A stretch of 64,000 bases of DNA from Candidatus Kapaibacterium sp. GTDB lineage: Bacteria; Bacteroidota; Ignavibacteria; Kapaibacteriales; UBA2268. The notes beneath the pieces are model-generated. The model had not been told where the DNA came from. It did no database searches and saw nothing but the letters and a program-made list of their open reading frames with translations. The stretch is taken from assembly GCA_041675005.1 (NCBI GenBank), contig JBAYUQ010000001.1, positions 66,235 to 130,234 of the forward strand, in the 5' to 3' direction. How positions within the stretch are numbered: position 1 is the first letter of the stretch; the number at the start of each line of letters is the position of its first letter. The position numbers were made by a program, and so were the translations under genes. Shown here piece after piece: positions 41,680-51,014 of the stretch.

Positions 41680-42675
41680 TTAATATTGTAAGAAACCGAC
41701 TTTCTTATACACTTTAGATAACGTTTTAAAGGCAACTTTATTAGCTTGCTCATCACCCTTTTTTAAGATATTAGTAAGTAATTCCTTGTCTTCTCTGTAT
41801 CGTTTGAACTCCTCACGAATCGGCTGTATGTAAGAAGCCACTGCTTCTGCGACATCAGATTTGAATTTTCCATAACCCTCACCCTCGTACTCGGCTACTA
41901 TTTCTTTCGAGCTTTTGCCAGTAGAAACTGATAGAAGAGTAATCAGGTTTTCAATCCCTTCTTTACCTTTTCCGGTAGTAACTTCACTTCCAGAATCTGT
42001 TACAGAACGCTTTATTTTACGAACGATAGTATCATTATCATCTGTGAGGAAAATAACAGCATTTTGATTGGGGTCAGATTTAGACATTTTTGCTGTTGGC
42101 TCTTGCAAACTCATTATCCTAGCTCCAATCTCAGGAATATATGGCTCAGGTATCACAAAAGTTTCCGAATAGTGATGATTGAACCTCTGAGCTAGATTGC
42201 GTGTCAGCTCCAAATGCTGCTTTTGGTCGTCTCCAACTGGTACTGCATCTGCCTGATATAGTAATATATCGCACGCCATAAGAATAGGATATGAGAATAG
42301 TCCTACGTTCACATTGTCTGGCTTTTTCTTTGATTTATCTTTGAATTGAGTCATTCGCTCTGCTTCACCCATACCTGTAAATGAGCTCATAACCCACGCT
42401 AATTGTGCGTGAGCTGGTACATGCGATTGAGTGAACATAACAGAAGTTTCTGGGTCAATACCGCAAGCCAAGAACATAGCCGCTGTGTCCAAAGTCCACG
42501 AACGAAGATTAGCTGGCTCTTGCTTTTGGGTAATAGCGTGCAAATCCGCAATCATAAAAAACGATTCGAACTCCGTTTGCATTTTCTTCCAGTTGGAAAG
42601 TGCCCCAGTCAGATGACCGATAGTCAGCACACCCGATGGCTGTATTCCGCTTAGTATTCTCTTTTTCTCAGACAT
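41680..42675 (-). CDS. trpS: Tryptophan--tRNA ligase.
   Basis: Class I aaRS; HIGH-like TIGHLTGAL and KMSKS motifs. Confidence 0.9.
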   Translation of the reverse strand: MSEKKRILSGIQPSGVLTIGHLTGALSNWKKMQTEFESFFMIADLHAITQKQEPANLRSWTLDTAAMFLACGIDPETSVMFTQSHVPAHAQLAWVMSSFTGMGEAERMTQFKDKSKKKPDNVNVGLFSYPILMACDILLYQADAVPVGDDQKQHLELTRNLAQRFNHHYSETFVIPEPYIPEIGARIMSLQEPTAKMSKSDPNQNAVIFLTDDNDTIVRKIKRSVTDSGSEVTTGKGKEGIENLITLLSVSTGKSSKEIVAEYEGEGYGKFKSDVAEAVASYIQPIREEFKRYREDKELLTNILKKGDEQANKVAFKTLSKVYKKVGFLQY

Positions 42676-42897
42676 ATTTTTTCTTGTTTTGGATTTCTAA
42701 TAATCCGAAAATTAATCATTTTTGGGGGAATATTTATAGAATTGAATATATTTCTTAACGAGAAATAGTAACAAAATATTAATAATATTAAATTAAATTC
42801 GGCAAAATGAAAAAATAATTAGGTTATTTCATTATTTTTTTTTTTAGTTTCAATTAAATTTTTATTTTAAATCAGAAATTAGTGGGAAAAAATAATA

Positions 42898-43035
42898 AAG
42901 GTCAGAAAAAACTTCGTGGGTAATTCCTGACCTGTATTTATCATCTAAAATTGCACACCTCAAATGATATTTACAAATTTAATGAATTATCCTCAAACAA
43001 TTAAATAAATATTAATTTTTATAGGAATTTCAGAA
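42898..43035 (+). promoter_or_regulatory. Degenerate copy of the cassette leader element upstream of cassette B.
   Basis: ggtcagaaaaaac...cctgacctgta retains the GTCAG/CTGAC inverted repeat and the ttatagg box; the central part has diverged. Confidence 0.4.
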
Positions 43036-44016
43036 ATGAAAAAAATTACAAACATATTGATTGCTCTTGGAGTAACACTATTCCTTCTGACAGTTGGGAT
43101 GAAAAGCGAGGCGGAGGCACAAACACCGCATTGTGATGGTGATCCATGTGTGAATGCTTCTGCTTGTGGTTCTTGGATTCAAGCACCAGATTTACCCATC
43201 CCATTAGACCCAAATTGCCCTTCTTGTATTATGACAATTCGTTACAAATACAGGGATAACTCTGGGTGTAATAATCCATGTCCTAATGCACCTAAATTTG
43301 AATTCCAAATAGATTATGTAGTAACAGATGGTTCTTGCTTTTATCCTTGCAATGGAAACCCTGCTCAGTATAGTTTTAGTCAGATGGATAAATTATATAT
43401 GGAAGCAGTATTTCAGTTAATTAAAAAATATTCATTACCATTTATAACTGTTCCACCGAATCCACCTTTAGGGTGTGGACCTGTTATTCCGAACTTTAAA
43501 GGGACTTCATGTAAAAAGCAATATATTGCTCCTGACGGAAATGTATATATTTTGACTTGTTTTCTAACTGAATGTTGCGTTCAAAATCTTCAATTCTGTG
43601 TAGATATAAACGGTAAAGAGACTATGACTAAGGCTAATATTTATTCGCCGCCTGATAATTGTGGTACTGATCCCGATGGTTTAAGTTGTACTTATTCATG
43701 TGACTGGGAATGGGAAGAATCATTAGTACCAAAAGAAGTGAAAGCACTTCCAAATAATATTTATGATAATTATAAAGTAGATTATACTATTGACCCAAGT
43801 AATTTGAATATAAAATTAGAAGGAGAATTAAATGGGAAGCTTTCTCTAAATATCTTTAGCACTGAAGGTGTTAGTAATATTTATGAAGTATTCAACGTAA
43901 ATGAGACAAGTTTTGAAATTAACTTAGATAATAATTTTACCAATGGTGCTTATTATATGGCTTTCAGTCTCAACGGTGAATTAATTAAAGTTGAAAGTTT
44001 CATGATAGTAAAATAA
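43036..44016 (+). CDS. Cys-rich secreted protein with a T9SS-like CTD; cassette B, gene 1.
   Basis: Signal peptide. NCPSCIMTIRYKYRDNSGCNNPCP and TECCVQNLQFCVDING modules are homologous to the 112-1692 protein. C-terminal ...LSLNIFSTEGVSNIYEV...GAYYMAFSLNGELIKV. Confidence 0.75.
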   Translation: MKKITNILIALGVTLFLLTVGMKSEAEAQTPHCDGDPCVNASACGSWIQAPDLPIPLDPNCPSCIMTIRYKYRDNSGCNNPCPNAPKFEFQIDYVVTDGSCFYPCNGNPAQYSFSQMDKLYMEAVFQLIKKYSLPFITVPPNPPLGCGPVIPNFKGTSCKKQYIAPDGNVYILTCFLTECCVQNLQFCVDINGKETMTKANIYSPPDNCGTDPDGLSCTYSCDWEWEESLVPKEVKALPNNIYDNYKVDYTIDPSNLNIKLEGELNGKLSLNIFSTEGVSNIYEVFNVNETSFEINLDNNFTNGAYYMAFSLNGELIKVESFMIVK

Positions 44017-44034
44017 CAATTCTGAGGTTTTGAT

Positions 44035-45486
44035 ATGATTAAGTATATATTACTATTATTACTAGCAAATAGCTCAGTATTCTCTGTTGATTTTAATAAA
44101 TATGATTTTACTCCATTATTGGTAAAGGAGGGATTTATATTAGAGCAAATCGAAACAAATAGTACTGGTAACATTATTGTATCTGGATATAATAAAATAG
44201 GCGATGATCCTCAAACTCATATTTTTAATAATGTGGTATTGAAATCAATTGATAAGGGATTAAATTGGACTATTATTTATTTAGATTCCAATGAAACTTT
44301 ACCCAAATCTGAAAGGAGTTTCTACAATGTTGAAGAATTGAAGTATTTGGATAACGGTAATATATTACTTTTTTCTCATACAGGGTATATTTTACAATCG
44401 TTTGACGATGGTGAGACTTGGATAAGAGATTCATTAGGTGTGTTCAAAACTCCAGTACAGGTCGAATTTATTGATAGTGAAAATGGTATTGCACTATTTT
44501 TTAAATCTTATGATAAGAAACTTACTACAGAACTATACTTGACAAACGATGGTGGAATGAATTGGAACGAATTAAATGTTCCAGTAAACGCTTTACTTGA
44601 ATATGAAACAGAATTAAGAATAGGGGAGTTCTATTCTTTCGGTGAAGGTACTATTTCATTTTTTATGGTTGATCGTCATTACGAAAATGATTCATTGATT
44701 GAATCAACGAATTACTTAATCAGTTCTCCTAATTATGGTACAACTTGGGAAAAGGAGATATTTAATTTGCCTGTGGAACGTTCAAGAATAAAGTTTTTAG
44801 ATGATAAGTATATTATTCTATTTGGTATTTTGCAATCCAAAACTCATTTTGACAATTTAGGAAATCCTTTTGGTCACGATATTGTTTTGGAGAGCTTCGA
44901 TAGAGGGACTTCTTGGGATACACTTTTAATTAATTTAGATACTAATGTTAATTCTAGTATACAAGGTAGTCTTGAGTATGTTGATGAAAAATATTTATTA
45001 TTCAGGGGGGCAAACTCTGGCATAAGTATTTTTGACAGAGGAAACAAAGGTATTATAGCCCTTTACCCAAATAATATCTTAGAATTAAGAGAACAGTACA
45101 ATTATCAGAATAGCTACGATTATATAAGATTTGGAGATAAAATACTAGTTACTGGTGGTGGTGGTTATCTTTTTTATGTTGACTACAAAAGTCCGATAAC
45201 TTCGGTAGAAGATTTGTTTAGTCAGTCTGAATTAGAGATTTATCCAAACCCAGTTTCTCGTAGTCAATCTATTAATTTAAAATTAGCCCCAGTAGCATGG
45301 GGTATTTCTACAATTTCTATTATTGATATGAATGGTAGAACTATTTCCTCTTTTGATAGGAACTTAACTTCTATTTCAGAGACTTTAGAAATCAATCCAA
45401 ATAATAGTTTGACTTCGGGTCTGTATTTTGTCCAGATTGAATATCCAAACGGATTTGTCGATAGACAGAAGTTTATCGTCAATTGA
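44035..45486 (+). CDS. Asp-box/BNR beta-propeller protein with a T9SS CTD; cassette B, gene 2.
   Basis: SIDKGLNWT, SFDDGETWI, TNDGGMNWN, SPNYGTTWE, SFDRGTSWD; C-terminal EIYPNPVS...GLYFVQIEYPNGFVDRQKFIVN. Confidence 0.8.
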   Translation: MIKYILLLLLANSSVFSVDFNKYDFTPLLVKEGFILEQIETNSTGNIIVSGYNKIGDDPQTHIFNNVVLKSIDKGLNWTIIYLDSNETLPKSERSFYNVEELKYLDNGNILLFSHTGYILQSFDDGETWIRDSLGVFKTPVQVEFIDSENGIALFFKSYDKKLTTELYLTNDGGMNWNELNVPVNALLEYETELRIGEFYSFGEGTISFFMVDRHYENDSLIESTNYLISSPNYGTTWEKEIFNLPVERSRIKFLDDKYIILFGILQSKTHFDNLGNPFGHDIVLESFDRGTSWDTLLINLDTNVNSSIQGSLEYVDEKYLLFRGANSGISIFDRGNKGIIALYPNNILELREQYNYQNSYDYIRFGDKILVTGGGGYLFYVDYKSPITSVEDLFSQSELEIYPNPVSRSQSINLKLAPVAWGISTISIIDMNGRTISSFDRNLTSISETLEINPNNSLTSGLYFVQIEYPNGFVDRQKFIVN

Positions 45487-45501
45487 TATGTAATACTTAT
45501 G

Positions 45502-45526
45502 AAAGGAGCTTCGGCTCCTTTTTCAT
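45502..45526 (+). terminator. Rho-independent terminator of cassette B.
   Basis: gAAAGGAGCttcgGCTCCTTTTTc. Confidence 0.7.
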
Positions 45527-45537
45527 TTATAGCCCAA

Positions 45538-48036
45538 CTACATCACCGAGCTGGCATCTACGTTTATGTTTATTCGCAAATCGCCATGACCACTGAGCTT
45601 AGTATAGAACTCAACGCAGCCCCACACATATTTCCGCATTACTTTACCCGTTGGGTCTAGTAGTTTGTTGTTTTTTATTACTATTATTTTTCTGTACTTC
45701 TTGCGTACTTTTTTAATAACTGGGTCTGTCGGTGGTAGTATATCTAGTTCTGGTTTATCTTTGGGGAAAGTCTTATAGAGTGCCATCGCCTGTCTTTCTA
45801 GCTGTGCATAATCAGAGGATATCATCTCGATTACCACTAACCTAGAAAATGGGGGATAGCTAAGATCTTCTCTGTGTTGCAACTCCTCGCCGAGAAAATC
45901 TAGATTTAACAACTGCTTGATTGATTTGATAGCGTAGTTATTCGGTACTGTTGTTTGTAGAATTACTTTACTCTCGGAGTTCTTGCTTCTACCAGCTCTA
46001 CCTGCTACCTGATTTATTAGTTGGTATGTCTTTTCTGCGGCTCTTATATCACTCATAAATAAATCCACATCAGCATTCAATATTCCTACTAACCCAATAG
46101 TAGAGAAATCCAACCCTTTGGCTATCATCTGCGTACCTACTAGTATATCTATCCCACCATCGGTGAATTTCTGTAATATTTGTCTTTGCTTATTCTTATT
46201 AGTCACCGTATCCGAATCATATCGTACTACGGTTACTTTATCACCCAATATCTCATTTATCTCATCTTCTACTTGCTGAGTGCCAAGACCTATTTTCATC
46301 ACATCATCTGCACCACAGCCTTTGCAATGTTCAGAATACTCTTCTTTCTGACCGCAATAGTGGCATATCATCATATTACTATGGCTGTGATAAGTCATTG
46401 CTATATCACAATCATCACAAAGCGGTATATGAGCACAGCTCTGACATTGAACGAAACTGGAATGACCACGCCTATTTTGGAAGAGCATTACTTTTCTCCC
46501 TTCTGCAAGTGTAGATTTTATCTGCTCTATAAGCCCATAAGAGAACGAGCCGTGCATTCCACCCGATTTGCGCGCATTTAGTAAGTCAACTAATTCAATA
46601 GCTGGTAGCTTGTGCGAATCAGCTCTTTCCGTCATCTGGAAATAACCGTACTTTCCTTGCTTGGCATTATAGTAAGTCTCCAGCGAAGGAGTCGCCGACC
46701 CGAATAGCACAGGGCAATCTAGTATATGCCCTCTTACTGTTGCCAAATCCCTTGCATTGTATCGAGGAGCGGGGGAGTCTTGCTTGTAACTTTGGTCATG
46801 TTCCTCATCTACTATTATCAGCCCAATGTTTTTCATAGGGGAGAAGATAGTCGAGCGTGGGCCTATTACAATGTCATATTCGCCGTTGGCTATCTGTTGC
46901 CATAGTTCATAACGTTCATTCTTGTTCAGCTTACTATGAATAGTACACACTCGCCCTGGGAACGAGAGCTTGAACCTATCCGTCAGCTGTGGGGTTAGTG
47001 ATATTTCTGGCAGGAGCATAACCACTTGCTTACCTTTACTAATTACATCTCTGATTAAGTGCATATATATCAGAGTTTTCCCACTACCTGTTATACCGTG
47101 AATTAGGATATTCTTTTTTCCTGTGGCTATCTCTTGTCTGATATTGGTCAATAGTTCTTTTTGGAAGTCCGCTAACTCTAGCTGCAATTCAACTTTTGAG
47201 CTTAGCTCTGATAATTCATCTGTTACTCTGCTGACTTCTATCTCAACTTTTTCTATTAAACCTTTCTTTTCCAAGGCAGTAATAGCAGCAGAAGAAATAT
47301 TATAATCGTTAATTAGCAATTGCTGCAATATTGGCTCACTAGTCTCTATATAGTGATTGCAAATAGTGTCAAACGCTTCCAATTGCTTTGCCGATCTAGA
47401 AAAGTACTCTTTCCCTATTCGGTGTATATACTTGTCGTCTATTCCTTCTGTTTTAGTTGGTCGAACAGCTACCATCATTTTCGGCTTATGTTCTTCTCTC
47501 ATCTCATAGCTTATATCTATGAATCCCGAATCTCGGAACTCTAAGTATTGCTTGTAACTATAAGTAAACGCGAATTTGTTTTTCAAAGTGCTGAGTGCGA
47601 TATAATCATCTGACTCAGTGAGTAGATTGATAAGTTCTTCTCTTTTTTTGGAACTCTGTTTAAACTTTGTCAGTTCATTTTCGTTATATACGTCAGACAG
47701 TTTGACGAAAACTTCTTCTTGTGGGAAAGTCTTAGGTGGGAATGCCGCCATGAAAACTTCACCAAGTGAGCATAAGTAATAGTCAGCAGTCCATTGGCAT
47801 AATTTCAAGAAACCTAAATCGGCAATCGGTTCTTTGTCAACTACATCTGATATTTCCTTCAGCTTAATGTCTGGTTTATCTTTAGTTACATTGACTACTA
47901 ACCCAGTTATAATCTTGTTGGAGAAATTAACGATTACACGCTTTCCTATCATATCTGAGCCGAAACGCTCTGGTATGAGGTAAGAGTATATTTGGTTTAC
48001 ACGTAATGGTACAGATACTTCTGCTACTAGTGGCAT
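45538..48036 (-). CDS. priA: Primosomal protein N' (replication restart helicase).
   Basis: Walker A GITGSGKT; DEEH box; Cys-rich zinc-binding insertion CQSCAHIPLCDDCD...CHYCG...CKGCG. Confidence 0.9.
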   Translation of the reverse strand: MPLVAEVSVPLRVNQIYSYLIPERFGSDMIGKRVIVNFSNKIITGLVVNVTKDKPDIKLKEISDVVDKEPIADLGFLKLCQWTADYYLCSLGEVFMAAFPPKTFPQEEVFVKLSDVYNENELTKFKQSSKKREELINLLTESDDYIALSTLKNKFAFTYSYKQYLEFRDSGFIDISYEMREEHKPKMMVAVRPTKTEGIDDKYIHRIGKEYFSRSAKQLEAFDTICNHYIETSEPILQQLLINDYNISSAAITALEKKGLIEKVEIEVSRVTDELSELSSKVELQLELADFQKELLTNIRQEIATGKKNILIHGITGSGKTLIYMHLIRDVISKGKQVVMLLPEISLTPQLTDRFKLSFPGRVCTIHSKLNKNERYELWQQIANGEYDIVIGPRSTIFSPMKNIGLIIVDEEHDQSYKQDSPAPRYNARDLATVRGHILDCPVLFGSATPSLETYYNAKQGKYGYFQMTERADSHKLPAIELVDLLNARKSGGMHGSFSYGLIEQIKSTLAEGRKVMLFQNRRGHSSFVQCQSCAHIPLCDDCDIAMTYHSHSNMMICHYCGQKEEYSEHCKGCGADDVMKIGLGTQQVEDEINEILGDKVTVVRYDSDTVTNKNKQRQILQKFTDGGIDILVGTQMIAKGLDFSTIGLVGILNADVDLFMSDIRAAEKTYQLINQVAGRAGRSKNSESKVILQTTVPNNYAIKSIKQLLNLDFLGEELQHREDLSYPPFSRLVVIEMISSDYAQLERQAMALYKTFPKDKPELDILPPTDPVIKKVRKKYRKIIVIKNNKLLDPTGKVMRKYVWGCVEFYTKLSGHGDLRININVDASSVM

Positions 48037-48096
48037 AATCGAATTTTTGTAATTGTATTAGGTTTCAAATGTAATATAATCTAATTAGAATAAAGA

Positions 48097-49248
48097 GTGG
48101 AATATATGAAAAAACAATACATAATCTTATTTGTCAGTCTAGTTATGCTTTTTGCAATAAAAAGCGAAAGCATTGCACAAAATGACATAGCAAGTTCTCG
48201 TCAAAATGCGATAACTCGAGCAATAGAGAAAGCTAGTCCTGCCATTGTAGGTATAAACGTAACAGAAGTAAGGCAGGTACTATATCGTAATCCTTATGGA
48301 GGTACTTTATTCGAGAGATTTTTTGGTAAGCAAAGAGATAGAGTACGTGAGTATGAAGTAAAAGGACTCGGTTCGGGGTTTATCATCTCTCCTGACGGAT
48401 ATATCCTAACTAATAACCACGTAGCTGGCAATGCAAAGAAAGTAGTTATCACAACCACTGACGGCAAGAGATACGATGCCGAAATTATAGGCACAGACCC
48501 AGCTACCGATATTGCTTTGCTAAAGATAAAATCTGATGATAAACTACCATATATACAATTCGCAAATTCCGATGATTTGATAATAGGTGAATGGGCTATT
48601 GCACTAGGTAACCCATTTGGACTATTCGATATAAATGCAAAACCGACTGTAACAGTTGGAGTTATATCTAATAAAGGCGTGAACTTCCTAGAGGAGCAAG
48701 ACAAACGGTTAACTGTTTACAAAGATATGATTCAGACCGACGCAGCAATAAGCTCGGGTAACTCTGGTGGACCTTTGGTGAATGCCGAAGGGAAGGCAAT
48801 AGGTATGAATACAATGATTTTTTCAACAGCTCAATCTCAATCGGGTTCAGGTAGTATAGGAATTGGGTTTTCCATTCCTATCAACAGAGTTAGCCAAATA
48901 GTTGAGTTGATAAAATCAAAGAAGGTTATTAACCGCAATGTTTTCTTAGGACTAGAAATACAAGAAATTGACGACAAGGTGATATCTTATCTAAACTTAC
49001 CAGACATAAGAGGAGTAGTTATATACTCTACACAAAACAACGGTCCAGCGAATAGAGCAGGGTTAGAACCCGGTGATGTGATACTTACAATCAATGGTCG
49101 GAAAGTGATGAGAGAAGATGATTACTATATTGAAATATATGATAGCATGGTCGGAGATACTATGGAATTTCAAATCCTGCGTGGAGATAAGGAAAAAACT
49201 ATTAAATTGCAGTTAGAAGAACCCCAACAAAACAGAAGATATAGATAG
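48097..49248 (+). CDS. HtrA/DegP-family trypsin-like serine protease with a PDZ domain.
   Basis: Catalytic motifs TNNHV, D.ALLK and GNSGGPL; C-terminal PDZ. Confidence 0.85.
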   Translation: MEYMKKQYIILFVSLVMLFAIKSESIAQNDIASSRQNAITRAIEKASPAIVGINVTEVRQVLYRNPYGGTLFERFFGKQRDRVREYEVKGLGSGFIISPDGYILTNNHVAGNAKKVVITTTDGKRYDAEIIGTDPATDIALLKIKSDDKLPYIQFANSDDLIIGEWAIALGNPFGLFDINAKPTVTVGVISNKGVNFLEEQDKRLTVYKDMIQTDAAISSGNSGGPLVNAEGKAIGMNTMIFSTAQSQSGSGSIGIGFSIPINRVSQIVELIKSKKVINRNVFLGLEIQEIDDKVISYLNLPDIRGVVIYSTQNNGPANRAGLEPGDVILTINGRKVMREDDYYIEIYDSMVGDTMEFQILRGDKEKTIKLQLEEPQQNRRYR

Positions 49249-50009
49249 TGGAAGAAGGCAAATCAGTTCTATCAGCACAAGGACTAATCAAAATCTATGG
49301 CAAACGAACAGTTGTCAAAGGGATAGACATAGAAGTAAAGCAAGGTGAAATAGTCGGTCTGCTTGGTCCCAACGGAGCTGGTAAGACTACAGCCTTCTAT
49401 ATGATAGTTGGTATGGTTCGACCGAATAAGGGTATAGTACGAATAGATGATAAAAAGATTACCCGTAAGGCGATGTACCAACGCGCTAGAATGGGTATTA
49501 GTTATCTGCCACAAGAGCCATCTATATTCCGTAAGCTATCAGTTGAAGATAATATAAAAGCTGTACTCCAGCTACAAAAAGGACTCAGCCGAAAGCAAGT
49601 AAAGGAAAAGTTAGAACAGCTCCTTGAAGATTTTAAAATTGCTCGTGTGCGTAAGAGTAAGGGGTATATGCTTTCGGGAGGGGAGAGACGCCGTTGCGAG
49701 ATAGCCCGAACGCTAGCATCAGACCCCAAATTCATTCTCTTAGATGAGCCATTCGCAGGAATTGACCCTATTTCAGTAGAAGATATTATGGATATTATCT
49801 TTGCTCTTAAAAACAAGGGAATTGGAATACTAATCACCGATCACAACGTCCACGAAACTCTGTCAATCACTGATAGAGCTTACATTCTAATAGACGGCAG
49901 TCTATTCACGAGCGGAAAATCCGAAGAAGTAGCTGCTAATCCTGATGTCCTCAAGTTTTACCTCGGCGAGAATTTCCGCTTGGAAAGATACGTACCTAAA
50001 GACCTATAA
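49248..50009 (+). CDS. lptB: LPS export ABC transporter ATP-binding protein.
   Basis: Walker [10 protein letters not shown]; signature LSGGERRR; Walker B ILLDEP; GTG start overlapping the htrA stop. Confidence 0.85.
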   Translation: MEEGKSVLSAQGLIKIYGKRTVVKGIDIEVKQGEIVGLLGPNGAGKTTAFYMIVGMVRPNKGIVRIDDKKITRKAMYQRARMGISYLPQEPSIFRKLSVEDNIKAVLQLQKGLSRKQVKEKLEQLLEDFKIARVRKSKGYMLSGGERRRCEIARTLASDPKFILLDEPFAGIDPISVEDIMDIIFALKNKGIGILITDHNVHETLSITDRAYILIDGSLFTSGKSEEVAANPDVLKFYLGENFRLERYVPKDL

Positions 50010-50130
50010 GCAATAAGTAAATTCGCCACTTTTGCCTACTTTGTTACTAATTCAACTCCCCCTTAACTCTAGTTATAACATTTATATACAATTGTTGATA
50101 AAAGCTGCTTGTTTTTTAAAATAAATTTGG

Positions 50131-50145
50131 ATTTTATTTTATTTT
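50131..50145. repeat. (ATTTT)3 pentanucleotide tract in the cassette C upstream region.
   Basis: ggATTTTATTTTATTTTaaac; the homologous position in the duplicate copy (53896-53935) carries 8 units. Confidence 0.8.
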
Positions 50146-50278
50146 AAACTTGATACAAATGAAATTAATCAATATTTGTAAACTGTTCTATAAAATGAAT
50201 TACAAATGAATCCAACAACAAAGCACCACTCATCTGGAGGCAAAAAGTGGTTTTCAAATTCTAGTAGATATAAAAAAA

Positions 50279-50401
50279 GTCAGAAAAAACGAAAGTCGTT
50301 TTTCCTGACCTGTAGTTGTCAAACTAATTCTGACCGAACACATTTGACAGTCACAAATATAGCAATAATTATTTATTATTAACATATTTATAGGTAAGCA
50401 A
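50279..50401 (+). promoter_or_regulatory. Conserved leader/promoter element, copy C.
   Basis: 13-bp imperfect inverted repeat GTCAGAAAAAACG-aaagt-CGTTTTTCCTGAC (50279-50309); TTGTCAAA-N19-TTTGACAG inverted repeat; putative -33 TTTG and -7 TAatTAtT boxes; ends at the ATG. Confidence 0.6.
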
Positions 50402-51001
50402 ATGAAAACTCTAAAATTTATCTTATTAAGCGTAGTTGTTTTTATTATAACTATTAATTTCTCTAATGCCGCTCCTTGTCCTTTAGGACAAAGTACTGTT
50501 TATAAGACTTTCCTAATAACTTACAACGGTGTATCTTGTTGGGTTGAAGCACAAATCTGTGCCGATTGTGATATTACTGGAAGTAATGTATATTTAGCAG
50601 TGAACGACATAAAAAAACCAAGTTACCCAGGAATTCCAACAGCCATAATTTATCAACAAGTTGCTGCTCAGTTATCTGAGAATGTATTTGAAATCTGTCA
50701 AATTGAACCTTGTAGTTCTCCTACAACTTCAAAAGTTTACGTAAAAACACCAGTTTGTGTGAAAAAATCTGCTGTTATGGAATTTGGAAACCTTTATATT
50801 TATATTATACCTTGTGATTGGAGTGCATACTATGAAGTTTATACACAAACTTGTTTTGATCCAATTTTGGATGACTATATAACAACACCAGTTGGTGTAG
50901 AAAAGTTTGGAACACCAAGTTGTACTGCGTTAGCCGAACCAGGCGATCCAGCTATAGATAACGTTACAGATTGCTACCAACAAGACTGTTTTCAAGATTA
51001 A
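50402..51001 (+). CDS. Small Cys-rich secreted protein (no CTD); cassette C, gene 1.
   Basis: Signal peptide (..SNA/AP); 14 Cys; C-x2-E-x3-C-x2-C and P.IP...I..Q...Q.S modules shared with the 54194-54838 protein. Confidence 0.7.
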   Translation: MKTLKFILLSVVVFIITINFSNAAPCPLGQSTVYKTFLITYNGVSCWVEAQICADCDITGSNVYLAVNDIKKPSYPGIPTAIIYQQVAAQLSENVFEICQIEPCSSPTTSKVYVKTPVCVKKSAVMEFGNLYIYIIPCDWSAYYEVYTQTCFDPILDDYITTPVGVEKFGTPSCTALAEPGDPAIDNVTDCYQQDCFQD

Positions 51002-51014
51002 TAATAATAGAAAT

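Noticed and set aside
42836-42850. T-homopolymer (~13 T) in the trpS/cassette B intergenic region as a regulatory slippage tract.
   Set aside because: It lies in a very AT-rich spacer far from either start codon and has no conserved context; most likely a compositional feature.
50041-50401. Interpretation of the ~360-nt repeated upstream regions and leader as a MITE or IS remnant.
   Set aside because: No terminal inverted repeats flank the whole unit, there are no target-site duplications or transposase, and the element sits at a fixed distance from start codons. It is better explained by the tandem duplication plus a dedicated regulatory leader.
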